From the IMG/VR virus record IMGVR_UViG_3300034075_000013, positions 1 to 57,522 of that record: 57,522 nt of DNA. One strand, written 5' to 3'. The DNA comes from a virus (taxonomy: Duplodnaviria > Caudoviricetes). A model generated the notes under the pieces. It did no database searches. It was given only the letters and a program-made list of their open reading frames with translations, and had not been told where the DNA came from. The translations under genes and the position numbers were made by a program. Shown here one piece after another: positions 45,205-54,026 of this stretch; position 1 is the first letter of the stretch, and the number at the start of each line of letters is the position of its first letter.

Positions 45205-45600
45205 TTAGGTGGGGGCGTGTGGAATCGACAGGGCCGCCAAGATGGCGCTCCACCGTTCGCGCAACCTCTCCAAGATGACGTTCCGGTCGCGCTCGCCCAT
45301 GTAGTCCACACGGTCGTAGCCGGTGAGCATCCCGAGCAGCGCATGTGGCGGCTCCACTGGCAAAATGGCCGTTCGGTGCGTCTTGGCGCAGTCCTCGCAC
45401 AGGACGGCCCAGTCGCCCAGATAGCTGAGGCGCATGCCAGCGCGGTGGTTGAGGTCTGGGTCGTCGTACTGCTCCTTGCCGGCGAAGCGGAACGGCGGCG
45501 TGTCGCGGTACTGCGGCGGCCCATCGTCGTAGGAGAGCTGGGCGTCGTAGAAAGCCTTACCCTCGCACACGTCGCACAGGCGGTAGTCACTCAGAGCCAT
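45205..45600 (-). CDS. Zinc-binding hypothetical protein (inside Y RNA copy 2)
   Basis: CDVC...CEDC; GGAGG RBS. Confidence 0.7.
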   Translation of the reverse strand: MALSDYRLCDVCEGKAFYDAQLSYDDGPPQYRDTPPFRFAGKEQYDDPDLNHRAGMRLSYLGDWAVLCEDCAKTHRTAILPVEPPHALLGMLTGYDRVDYMGERDRNVILERLRERWSAILAALSIPHAPT

Positions 45601-45862
45601 CGCGGTGCGCCTCCCATGCCTGCTGCTCTTGGTAGTACGCCTGCTCTTCCTCGTAGCGGCGCTGCTCCTGCTGGCGGCGGACTTGGGCTTGGTAGCCGTC
45701 CACGCACTGCTCCGGCGAGCGGCCCTCCCAGTAGCAGTCCATGGCGCAGTCGGTCGCCCGGTCGGGGTTCAGACCGCGCCTCCACGCCTCGTAGAACACG
45801 TCGTTCTCGAACTCGCGGCGGCGGGTTTGCTCGTCGTTGTCTCGGTCGTTCCAGCGGCTCAT
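45587..45862 (-). CDS. Acidic/Gln-rich hypothetical protein (inside Y RNA copy 2)
   Basis: AAAGGA RBS, overlaps the next ORF. Confidence 0.65.
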   Translation of the reverse strand: MSRWNDRDNDEQTRRREFENDVFYEAWRRGLNPDRATDCAMDCYWEGRSPEQCVDGYQAQVRRQQEQRRYEEEQAYYQEQQAWEAHRDGSE

Positions 45863-46000
45863 GGCATGGTCCTTTCCACACGAATTTCCGGTTTTTGACT
45901 TTTCACCTCAGGCCCTCTTTCAACACGGGAATCCGGAGAGCCCGGATTTTTCACCCAATGAAGAACGTGATACCAACGCCACCGCGAAACCGAAATTCTG

Positions 46001-46132
46001 TGTCAGGGAACAGGCAAAACCGAGGTTTTTAGCGCTCTATCCAACTGAGCTACGTGTCTTGCGACCCGGCCGGACTCGAACCGGCGACCTCTCGATTACA
46101 AGTCGATGAACTCGATTTCTACGCCACTGACA
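46001..46132 (-). ncRNA. yrlA: Y RNA (YrlA-type) retaining an anticodon arm, copy 1
   Basis: TCGA-CTTGTAA-TCGA, GAGGTC, GCCGG-TTCGAGT-CCGGC, GCAA-capped stem, TA-GCTC-AGTTGGATA-GAGC, closing stem TGTCAG/CTGACA. Confidence 0.85.
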
Positions 46133-46138
46133 ACCGCT

Positions 46139-46166
46139 ATTCTATACACACACAATGCGGAGTCAA
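46139..46166 (-). promoter_or_regulatory. Late promoter (pR'-like)
   Basis: TTGACT-16-TAGAAT right after Q; predicted start coincides with the Y RNA 5' end. Confidence 0.7.
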
Positions 46167-46185
46167 TGACCGTTCGTCGGATGGT

Positions 46186-46788
46186 TCACAGCTCCATCCT
46201 CTGCGCAATCGCCTTCATCGCCTCCGGCCCAGCCCGCCCTAGCGCCCGCTCCATTTCCGCCAGCAGCCACCGCGCCAGGTCTACGTGCTCAGCCCGAAAC
46301 TGAGTCTCAAACGGAATCCGCCCCGTCGATTCCTGCCGCGTCCGGTCAAAGCATTTTTGGCAGTTCTTGTCGCCCAGCACGTTGGTTCCTGGAATCTTCA
46401 GTTTTCCATGACCGCCGCAGGCTTTGCAGGCGCTGTGCCGGTGCCACGCCAGACAGCCACGGGCCATGTCGTGCGCCATGACCCTCGTCACCTTGGGCTT
46501 GACGTTCTTTCCTGCAGCCCTACTCCAGACCATCCCGGCGAGGATGCCCACTACCTCATGGGACGCCTTGTTGTCGCCGCTCAGGAGGCGCTGCAGGGGC
46601 ACCGCTAGGGGCGCTTCACGGATCGGGTAGCCCTCGTCGGGGCCGGTCGTCACCCAGCCTGCGGCCAGATGCTTTGCCGCCAGCCCCATCGCGCCGAGCA
46701 CATCGGAGTCGGCGAACGTCGTGCGCTCGTCAACAACGAGGCTTTTCGCGTTGATGGCTACTGCGTAACGCTCCGTGATTGTCGCCAT
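46186..46788 (-). CDS. Q: Antitermination protein Q-like
   Basis: TITERYAVA start, CKACGGHG/CQKC zinc finger, position at end of nin region. Confidence 0.7.
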   Translation of the reverse strand: MATITERYAVAINAKSLVVDERTTFADSDVLGAMGLAAKHLAAGWVTTGPDEGYPIREAPLAVPLQRLLSGDNKASHEVVGILAGMVWSRAAGKNVKPKVTRVMAHDMARGCLAWHRHSACKACGGHGKLKIPGTNVLGDKNCQKCFDRTRQESTGRIPFETQFRAEHVDLARWLLAEMERALGRAGPEAMKAIAQRMEL

Positions 46789-46829
46789 GTGTTGAGTCCC
46801 TGTTGTCGTTGTTGGAGGGGGTCTAGCGG

Positions 46830-47003
46830 CTAGTCCAACTCAACCCGCCGCAAAGCGACAGGCAGAAACGCTTCGCTCCGAAGCTCGTCGCCCACGAACC
46901 ACCAGCAGCTAACAATTCCGTCAACTCTGTCGTTCTGCACCGTCATTGGCGGGCCTCCGCTGACAAGCTGCACCACATCGCCGTCTGCAAACTTCGCGTC
47001 CAT
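46830..47003 (-). CDS. DUF2158/YodC-like protein
   Basis: GDVVQLVSGGPPMTV...CWWF. Confidence 0.75.
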   Translation of the reverse strand: MDAKFADGDVVQLVSGGPPMTVQNDRVDGIVSCWWFVGDELRSEAFLPVALRRVELD

Positions 47004-47030
47004 CCTGTCCTTTCAGCGCCTCTCGCGCGG

Positions 47031-47489
47031 TTAGAACTGAGCGACCGTCACTACCACCATCTTGAGGTCGCGGATTCGCGCCGGCTCTAGGAAGATGTCG
47101 CGCCCGAACTTCTCGGCCTGCTTCTTGTCCACCGTCGCCTTGCGCACGTCGTTGTGCTTCGCCAGCAGATCGGCAATCGGCACCTCGTAGAAAAGCTCTT
47201 GATCCGTCAGGTCTGTCAGTTGCTCGTCGCCGGAAAACAGCACGCGCTTTTCCAGCGGAAGGTTCTCGTTCGGGTCGGCAATGAAAATCTTGACAATGCG
47301 GGCGTTCGACATGGGTTGCTCCTTGGGTTGCGGTTGGTTGATGGCTTGCATCAGGGCTGCGGCCTTGACTTGCTCTTGCAGGAAGTTGTTGGCTCCGCCA
47401 AGCGGCGGGCCTCCGATCTGCTGCATTCGGCGGTCGCCGATCAAAAAATTGTGATCGACGGCGCTACTCATGTAACTGGATGCCGTCAT
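47031..47489 (-). CDS. Hypothetical protein
   Basis: RIVKIFIADP...LEPARIRDLKMVVVTVAQF. Confidence 0.7.
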   Translation of the reverse strand: MTASSYMSSAVDHNFLIGDRRMQQIGGPPLGGANNFLQEQVKAAALMQAINQPQPKEQPMSNARIVKIFIADPNENLPLEKRVLFSGDEQLTDLTDQELFYEVPIADLLAKHNDVRKATVDKKQAEKFGRDIFLEPARIRDLKMVVVTVAQF

Positions 47490-47545
47490 GGATGGAAGTT
47501 CCAATCGCTCTCTCCTTATCTACCCACCGCGAACGTCGCGGCCCG

Positions 47546-48073
47546 TTACGCTCCCGCGCGTTGTGAATCGTTTGCGGACAGCAAGCCAGCAAACGGGCTG
47601 CTGTAGTCCTTCCATGCTCGCTGCTGCTTGATGTAGCCGACATACGATTGGTCAATGCCGTACCTCTCGGCCAGCGCGAAATACGGCTCATCACTCGCTC
47701 GAATCTCGGCTACCTGCTGCGGCGTGACCTTTGCCTTTGCCCGCCGAGCCTTGGCAATCGCAATCACATGATCAAGGTTGTGCTTCCTGCCCTTCTGCAC
47801 GTTCTTGCGCGCCACCTTGCGTATATGGTCCGGGTGGACGCACAGCTCACAGCATTCCGGCTGCACCATCGCGCATTCGTTGCGCTTGATCGGCTTGTCG
47901 TGCGTCAGGTCATAGACCAGCCGGCGAACAGCCACCGTCGAATTGTTGACATGGGTTCTCGGGTCTTTGCCTCCTGTGGCCGACATCGTCCAGGCCAAAC
48001 ACCCGTCGCGCTCGATCACTCGTTCTTCCAGCCACGCGCGGCGCTCTGCGGTAAGCAGGTCTAACAAGGTCAT
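47546..48073 (-). CDS. His-Me finger (HNH-like) protein with C-terminal HTH
   Basis: GCLAW, CVHPDH, LAERYGIDQSYV. Confidence 0.6.
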   Translation of the reverse strand: MTLLDLLTAERRAWLEERVIERDGCLAWTMSATGGKDPRTHVNNSTVAVRRLVYDLTHDKPIKRNECAMVQPECCELCVHPDHIRKVARKNVQKGRKHNLDHVIAIAKARRAKAKVTPQQVAEIRASDEPYFALAERYGIDQSYVGYIKQQRAWKDYSSPFAGLLSANDSQRAGA

Positions 48074-48570
48074 TCCTTGTGTCCTCCTTCGATCCTGTCC
48101 AGCGCCCAGCGCGCGGCTTTGCGGAACCGCTCCGGCTCGCTCTGGTCCTGTGAAATCCGCCGCCACTCGGCTACCTGCAGGATGTGCGCGGCATCGAATG
48201 CGCGGCGTTTTTCGGCTCGCGGCGCTGCGCTGCGGTCGTACCACTCATGACACGGCCGGCAACCAAAAACGCTGCGCTCGTCGCTTTGCTTCTGCGCCAT
48301 TCCCTTGCCCTCGTTCTGATGGCACGCTGCGGTAGACAGCCCGCGCGTGGTCTCGCAAGCCTCCACCGCCAGCAGCAGGCAGCGCCGGCCCTGCGCCATG
48401 TCCAGCAACGCCCGATTCCTGCCGGGCGCATCCTTCGGCACCGCTACCACGCTATCCGCTACAGGGGATGACGCTATCCACCGCTCAGGCTTGGCGAGCG
48501 GGCGCGGCTCTTTCTCGCGGCTCGGCTCATGGAGCAGAGGCTTGCGGCGGAATTGCGAGCGGCGCAGCAT
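48070..48570 (-). CDS. DUF1364/YbcO-like zinc-binding nuclease
   Basis: ACHQNEGKGMAQKQSD...FGCRPCHEWYD. Confidence 0.7.
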   Translation of the reverse strand: MLRRSQFRRKPLLHEPSREKEPRPLAKPERWIASSPVADSVVAVPKDAPGRNRALLDMAQGRRCLLLAVEACETTRGLSTAACHQNEGKGMAQKQSDERSVFGCRPCHEWYDRSAAPRAEKRRAFDAAHILQVAEWRRISQDQSEPERFRKAARWALDRIEGGHKE

Positions 48571-48628
48571 TACTTCAGCAGCCCCGCGATTTCCTTCAGC
48601 AGCCAGACCTTGGGGGCGAACCAGAACA

Positions 48629-49048
48629 TCAAGCGCGCTCAGCGTCGGCTGTGTCTTCATGGAAAACAACCTCCCTCTCTGCGCCGAAAGCGGCGATCAG
48701 CTCCATCAACTCTGAAAGCTCCTGCTTTGACATCCTGCTTGTGGACAACCCCAGAACCACGAAGCCGCCATCAATGCCTGGAACGGCTTGGCACTTCTTG
48801 AGCCCAGCCGTGAAGACCGTCTTCCAGTCCTCCGGCGACAGTTTCTTGCCGTACCAGTCCACTTGCCGGGATACGTCGCCCAACATGGCCCACAGGCGCG
48901 CGTTCTGCTCAAGGGATCGCGTTTCCGGCTTGACCTCCACAACGAGCCGCGCACCAGACATCAGCGTCGGCTTGATGCAGGACGCCCATAGCGACGAAAG
49001 CACGGCATGGGCCTGCTGCGGATTGGCAAGTAGTGCCGTCTGCTTCAC
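48629..49048 (-). CDS. ninB: NinB/Orf recombination protein
   Basis: RSLEQNARLWAMLGDVSRQVDWYG...STSRMSKQELSELMELI. Confidence 0.88.
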   Translation of the reverse strand: MKQTALLANPQQAHAVLSSLWASCIKPTLMSGARLVVEVKPETRSLEQNARLWAMLGDVSRQVDWYGKKLSPEDWKTVFTAGLKKCQAVPGIDGGFVVLGLSTSRMSKQELSELMELIAAFGAEREVVFHEDTADAERA

Positions 49049-49217
49049 AGCGCCACCGCCCCGCTCAGCGCTACCTCGAACAGAGGCAATTCGCGCAGCA
49101 GCGCAAACTTCACCAGATCGCCGTTCGCCAGTTGCCGCGCCAGGCGATCGCGTGCCTTTGCCTCGCTCTGCCGGCAGGTAGGCCCGTACAGCGGCAGCGG
49201 CGGAAGTGGTTTGCTGG

Positions 49218-49379
49218 TCATAGCTTTTTCTCCAGCACCTTGCGGCACTCAGCACAGGTGAACATCAGGCCGCCGTATCGCCCGCCGCGCGTTGGCTTGT
49301 CAGTGCAGCAGCGGCAGCAGTACTTCGTGCCATACGAGCGCTGCGGGGCCTGGCGGTGGGTGTCGGCGGGGATGGTCAT
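49218..49379 (-). CDS. Small zinc-finger protein
   Basis: CRCC...CAEC. Confidence 0.45.
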   Translation of the reverse strand: MTIPADTHRQAPQRSYGTKYCCRCCTDKPTRGGRYGGLMFTCAECRKVLEKKL

Positions 49380-49654
49380 ACAGACGGCCCTCCGAACACG
49401 CGAAGGCGCATCTGCTGCCACCAGGTCAGCGGCTGTTCGCGCTCTTGCTCCAGAGCCTGCGCGGCTTGCCGGATAGCCAGCGCTTGTGCTTTCAGGGCCG
49501 ATTCGCTGCGTTCGAGCAACTGCGCTACCCTTGCGCGGCCGATGTTGCGGGAGTGCCAGCGGTGCAGCACTTCGTGCGGGGCGTCTAGCGGGTCGCAGCG
49601 CTCCAAAGAGCCGGCGATTTCGCGTAGGGTGGTTAGGGCTTCGATGTGGTTCAT
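49376..49654 (-). CDS. Hypothetical protein
   Basis: ATGA coupling. Confidence 0.55.
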   Translation of the reverse strand: MNHIEALTTLREIAGSLERCDPLDAPHEVLHRWHSRNIGRARVAQLLERSESALKAQALAIRQAAQALEQEREQPLTWWQQMRLRVFGGPSV

Positions 49655-49830
49655 GCGGCTTCTTTCGACAGCAGGACAGCGCCCCACACAATGAGAGCTA
49701 CATCAACCGCAACGGTGACAGCGGCAGAGTTGATCGAGCGGGCCGGCTCGATGTGCCCTGCAAGATGCAGCAGCGCCAAAATGGCCTCGCCAAAGAGCAT
49801 CCCAAGCACCAGCGTTACAAAGACCTTCAT
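49651..49830 (-). CDS. Small membrane protein
   Basis: Two hydrophobic segments, AGGAGG RBS. Confidence 0.55.
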   Translation of the reverse strand: MKVFVTLVLGMLFGEAILALLHLAGHIEPARSINSAAVTVAVDVALIVWGAVLLSKEAA

Positions 49831-49973
49831 GCAGCCTCCTTCGGATACACGGCGCAAAGACGCGCCAATTCGTTCCACTCGTCGTAAGCATCAGACGGCG
49901 TGTAGCCCATGCCGATGCGGCTTGCTCCTGCGCAGTACCACAGACCGCTTATGCGGCGGATGCGGGGCTTCAT
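49827..49973 (-). CDS. Small hypothetical protein
   Basis: MKPRIRRISGLWYC...GYTPSDAYDEW. Confidence 0.5.
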   Translation of the reverse strand: MKPRIRRISGLWYCAGASRIGMGYTPSDAYDEWNELARLCAVYPKEAA

Positions 49974-50260
49974 GCGGTCACTCCCAGCCCGCGCAGCGCG
50001 TCGTCCGGGCCGCACGCGATCACCACCGGGCGCCCGCGCCATGCAGCGATCCACTCGACCTGATCCGGCGTCAGCACGCGCCTTGATGGCGGCTTCGCTC
50101 CGTCCTTGCACTCAACTAGCCAAATTTCGCCGCGCCAGCCGCACAACAAATCCGGCACCCCTTGCCCAACCGCCGCGAGGCTCTGCACGGTCACTCCGGC
50201 CGCGCGCAAGGCCGACACAATGGCGTCCTGCGATGCGTCCACTTTTGCCGCGCGCCTCAC
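49970..50260 (-). CDS. VRR-NUC-like / Holliday junction resolvase nuclease
   Basis: GVPDLL...LVECKD...LTPDQ. Confidence 0.75.
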   Translation of the reverse strand: MRRAAKVDASQDAIVSALRAAGVTVQSLAAVGQGVPDLLCGWRGEIWLVECKDGAKPPSRRVLTPDQVEWIAAWRGRPVVIACGPDDALRGLGVTA

Positions 50261-50460
50261 TTTTTCGGCTCCAAGCGGTCGGGGCACGGCACCTTGCCTG
50301 GCGGGACCATCCACACAACGTCAGCGCCGGCCATGTAGTCGCGCACGCCTTCGCTACGCCGAGCGCATTCCTGACACTCGGCCGGTATGCAGGCGAAGTC
50401 CATCGTCGGCGGGATGTACATCTCTCCGGGGCAGCGGGCGATGTCTCGCGGTAGAGTCAT
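50257..50460 (-). CDS. Small Cys-rich protein
   Basis: DIARC...CQECAR. Confidence 0.55.
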   Translation of the reverse strand: MTLPRDIARCPGEMYIPPTMDFACIPAECQECARRSEGVRDYMAGADVVWMVPPGKVPCPDRLEPKK

Positions 50461-51263
50461 GCGGCCTCCCCGAACAGCACGCCGGCCTTGACGTGCTCCG
50501 GTGCCGCGCCCAACTTCTCACGGACCTCTGCGAGCACCTTGGCGTATACGTCGGGGTGCTGGCGGTCGAAGTCGAGGCCAGACCCACGGACGTACTGCCC
50601 GGCGTCCTGCATCCGCTCCGACTTCGGAAGCAGCCAGCCACCGGGGCCGGTCCAGCGACGAGGATCAACGCCATGCGCCCTGAAGTCCTCCCGGGTGACG
50701 TGACCCCTCACCTCCAATGTCGCCACGATGCGTAGGGCCGCGATCTTCCATTTCGTCAACTGCACCGGAGCGCTGGCGCCGGCCTGCACATCGGGCACGA
50801 ACTCCGGCAGTTCGCAGCGTTTCCGTGGGCTCCAGTAGTGCCATCCGCCGTTCCAATGCTCCATGCTGAGCCCAGGGTCAAAGTCAACGCGCTTGTCCAT
50901 CCAACTCGGCCCGGTCGGAGAGAACATTGCCAGACCAAGCGCGGCGCAGAGGTTCATGTGCCCGGAATCCCGCTCCGGAACCAAAATGGCTCGATAGTCC
51001 GGCCCCCTGTCGTGCCAGTGGTCCCAGCATTCCGGTAGCGCCTGCTGCAACACCTTCATGTTGAACTTCAGCTTCGCCTGTACGCCAATCTGCGTCCCGT
51101 CCTCTCCAACAAGCAGAATGTCCCAGCCAGCCGTTTCGGCATACGGCGTCCACTTCGGAACCTCGCGGGCGTGATGTAGTCGGCCAGGACTGCGCTTCAC
51201 CCACTCAATGAAGTCGTTGCAGAGATCAGCCTCAGTGGCGTAGCGAGGCTTCTTTGCGCTCAT
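50457..51263 (-). CDS. PD-(D/E)XK-like hypothetical nuclease
   Basis: E...WDILLV...GVQAK motif. Confidence 0.55.
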   Translation of the reverse strand: MSAKKPRYATEADLCNDFIEWVKRSPGRLHHAREVPKWTPYAETAGWDILLVGEDGTQIGVQAKLKFNMKVLQQALPECWDHWHDRGPDYRAILVPERDSGHMNLCAALGLAMFSPTGPSWMDKRVDFDPGLSMEHWNGGWHYWSPRKRCELPEFVPDVQAGASAPVQLTKWKIAALRIVATLEVRGHVTREDFRAHGVDPRRWTGPGGWLLPKSERMQDAGQYVRGSGLDFDRQHPDVYAKVLAEVREKLGAAPEHVKAGVLFGEAA

Positions 51264-51551
51264 TCCCTCGCCCTCCCACAGCCAGCGCAATGCGGCACGA
51301 AACTCCAATGCGCCTGATCCACATGCGCCATCATTCCGTCGCACACAACAGGGCCGCACGGGCTGTAGCGCGCTTCTGAGCCCACTCCAGCCGCTTCGCC
51401 GCTAACCCGGCCTCGCAGGGCTGGCACTTCGCGCATGTGTGCGACAGGCTGCGTACCGTCCACGCCGGCCCTAGCGCGCACTGCGCAAAGCCCAACTTCG
51501 TCCATTCCTTCGTAGTGCGCTGCGGGGACCAGTGCAGACAGGTGAGACAGG

Positions 51552-51728
51552 TCATCCATGCGTCACCTCGTAGACGCCTCGGGCGGTCATGCGGATATCG
51601 CCAGCGCTGCGAAGCTGGGCGAGAATCCAGTTGCAGGTGCTGCGCGGCCAGCCGGTGATTTCCACGAAAGCGGCAGTCGTCAGCGGGCCGAGGCGGAACA
51701 GCTTGCGGGCGGCTTCGGTGCGGGTCAT
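51552..51728 (-). CDS. Small winged-HTH protein
   Basis: GPLTTAAFVEITGWPRSTCNWILAQL. Confidence 0.5.
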   Translation of the reverse strand: MTRTEAARKLFRLGPLTTAAFVEITGWPRSTCNWILAQLRSAGDIRMTARGVYEVTHG

Positions 51729-52174
51729 GCTGAGAGCCTGTCAAAGCGGTATCCGCCCGGCTTGACGGGCTGAGGCAGGCGAACGGCGGGCCGCTTCATC
51801 AACCCGCAGCGGTGTTGCAGTTCACCGCGCATCCGGTTCTCGTAGGGGACAAATTCCTCCTTCGGATCGGGCTTACAGGCTTTGTCCTCGCTGTCCCAGA
51901 ACTGCACTGCGAAGCCGCGCCAGTCCTCAAGCCTGCGGTTCATGGTCTTGATTTCGTCAATGAACTCGATCAGCCAAACGTGCTCGCGCAGCTTCTGCGT
52001 AATGGCGGGCCAGCGGTCGGAGTGCTGGGTCGCGTGGGCAAGGCAGCACCAGCGCCCGCCCTCTACGCTCATCGTGGCCCGGCAGGGGCATCCGGTCGCA
52101 TAGCAGCGGGAAACGTCTGGTGCCTCAGGCCTTGCCTGCTCGGTGATTTTTTGACGGACGTTTGCGTAGCTCAT
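51725..52174 (-). CDS. Hypothetical replication-region protein
   Basis: Coupled to the initiator; Cys/His cluster. Confidence 0.65.
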   Translation of the reverse strand: MSYANVRQKITEQARPEAPDVSRCYATGCPCRATMSVEGGRWCCLAHATQHSDRWPAITQKLREHVWLIEFIDEIKTMNRRLEDWRGFAVQFWDSEDKACKPDPKEEFVPYENRMRGELQHRCGLMKRPAVRLPQPVKPGGYRFDRLSA

Positions 52175-52956
52175 TGGTTGTATTTCCCTTCAATGACCTT
52201 GACGAAGTTCTGAGGGCGCACCAGCCATTCAAGGTCGGCAAGGAAGGCGCGTTCGCCGGGCTTGGCCCGACATCGGCCAGTCAGGAAGTCGGACTTCGCA
52301 ACGAGTCCAAAGAAGTCGCGGAACCACTCGAACCCCTGCTCCTTCGTGTACTTCTGGTCGGCACAAACCTCGCGCCACCGCTGCCGGAGATATCCCCGGC
52401 GCGTTTCGCTCCACACCTCGACGTGAGGCAGGCTCGGAAGGGTTTCGTGGTAGAGCCCAACGATTGCCTCGTGCGGGCATTCGGGGACTTCGTAAGCCTT
52501 TGGCTGGCCGTCCGGTTCGGCGTCAGCCGGACAAACACCGTTAGGTGTTAACTCATTCCCTTCCCTTCCCTTCCCTTCCCTTCCTCCCTGTGCGTCACTG
52601 GCGCGTGGCTGACGCGTGCCGACGCGTGCCCCACGCGTGGCAGATGGATCGGGAAGTTGGCTCTGGGACTCGCGGGGATTGATGTGTTGGTGAGCCTTGA
52701 AGCTCGGGATGTAGGCGTAGCCCTCCCCGTACAGAATCACCAGCTTGCCGTCCGTCAATTCCTTGCACAGCGCCACAACGTCAACCGAGTCGCCCGGCAG
52801 ATAGCGCAGCTTGAAGGTCGCGGGCTTCCACACCAACCGGCCCTCCTTGTCCGCTTCGCACCACAGCGCCACGTACAGCAACCGAGCCAGAGGCGACAAG
52901 CCAACGATGTCCTCGCTGGTGAAAAACTCCGGCTTGATCGTGCGGATACGAGCCAT
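52171..52956 (-). CDS. Replication initiator (O-like)
   Basis: MARIRTIKPEFF...ADKEGRL; ADLEWLVRPQNFVKVIEGKY. Confidence 0.85.
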   Translation of the reverse strand: MARIRTIKPEFFTSEDIVGLSPLARLLYVALWCEADKEGRLVWKPATFKLRYLPGDSVDVVALCKELTDGKLVILYGEGYAYIPSFKAHQHINPRESQSQLPDPSATRGARVGTRQPRASDAQGGREGKGREGNELTPNGVCPADAEPDGQPKAYEVPECPHEAIVGLYHETLPSLPHVEVWSETRRGYLRQRWREVCADQKYTKEQGFEWFRDFFGLVAKSDFLTGRCRAKPGERAFLADLEWLVRPQNFVKVIEGKYNQ

Positions 52957-53262
52957 CTACAGCGCCTCCCGCTTGGCTACCGCCTCAAGGCGCATCAGCT
53001 CCCAGCGGTCGGCATCACCTTGGGCCGCAAAGCAGCCGGTGCGCTCAGCGCGGGCTAGGGACTGGTCCCTCAGTTGGGCAAACCATGCGATGTGCCGGTC
53101 TAGGGCTTCAATCTCGGCAATGGAGGCAGACTTCCGTAGGACGGCGCTTACCGCATCACAAGATTTGCGCTGATTGGTTGCACCGGCCGGGCTAGGTATC
53201 GTGGAATCTGCCGGAAGATCGCCCGTGAGGCTCGCGGACACAAAAGCAGAGCCGGCGCTCAT
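52957..53262 (-). CDS. Hypothetical protein
   Basis: GGAGG RBS, coupling. Confidence 0.5.
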   Translation of the reverse strand: MSAGSAFVSASLTGDLPADSTIPSPAGATNQRKSCDAVSAVLRKSASIAEIEALDRHIAWFAQLRDQSLARAERTGCFAAQGDADRWELMRLEAVAKREAL

Positions 53263-54026
53263 GTCGCCTCCGATGCAAAAAGGGGGTCTTGCTCCGGCTT
53301 GCGGGCAGGGGCCGATTCAAAGAGGGGGCGCTGGGCGTAGGCTTGCTCTATGCGGCGGCAGGCGATGTCGAAATACTTGGGCTCGCGCTCGATGCCCACG
53401 AACGCCCTTCCCCGGTTCACGGCGGCGACTCCGGTGGTCCCTGAACCCATGAACGGGTCGAGGATCAGAAGCGCATCGCCTAGCTGCTCAATGCACCACT
53501 CCATAAGCTCTACAGGCTTCTGCGTCGGGTGCTCCTTACGGTAGGAGAGCACCGACTGCCGGTAGAGCTTGGCGGGGCTTTTCTTGCTGACCCACGCCTG
53601 CTCGCACATGGCAAGCGAGAAGTCCTGCGGCTGCACCTTGTCCCACACAAAAAAGCACTGGCTAGGGGGTAGGTCAAAGTAGTTGCCGCCCCAAATGGCG
53701 TGCAGCGGAGCCGCAGCCAGAACATGCCTCATCAGGTCGCCAGATGGCGCGGCAGCGTCCCAATCCAGCTTTTCGTGCATCTGGCGAACCGGGTTAGCGG
53801 CAATGCCGATCCCGTAAGGCGGGTCAGTAATCACCGCATCCGCAACGAAGTCTTGCGAACCGACGCCCGCGCAAGCCTTGCAGGCCACAACATCAAGCGG
53901 AGAACCGTGGCCGTGGTCCCTGACGCCAGTCCCCGCACAATCTTGGCACCAGCGGAGGCGCGGAAGGATTTCGAGGCAATCCCCGAGGTACAGGGTCGCG
54001 TCACCGATGCGAACCGGCTCCGTCAT
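53259..54026 (-). CDS. Orphan DNA methyltransferase (N4-C/N6-A, beta class)
   Basis: [25 protein letters not shown]. Confidence 0.9.
   Translation of the reverse strand: MTEPVRIGDATLYLGDCLEILPRLRWCQDCAGTGVRDHGHGSPLDVVACKACAGVGSQDFVADAVITDPPYGIGIAANPVRQMHEKLDWDAAAPSGDLMRHVLAAAPLHAIWGGNYFDLPPSQCFFVWDKVQPQDFSLAMCEQAWVSKKSPAKLYRQSVLSYRKEHPTQKPVELMEWCIEQLGDALLILDPFMGSGTTGVAAVNRGRAFVGIEREPKYFDIACRRIEQAYAQRPLFESAPARKPEQDPLFASEAT

Larger units (their letters stand above)
45138..45985 (-). ncRNA. Y-RNA-like element enclosing two ORFs, copy 2
   Basis: 5' strand GCGGTGGCGTTGGTATCACGTTCTTC (45960-45985) pairs with 3' strand CGTGATGCTGCTTGTTCCCCGC (45138-45159). Confidence 0.7.

Noticed and set aside
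44922-46132. CRISPR array or ordinary tRNA genes
   Set aside because: Units are not identical repeats with spacers; tRNA arms are in permuted order with a loop-closed acceptor and no CCA, i.e. Y-RNA-like
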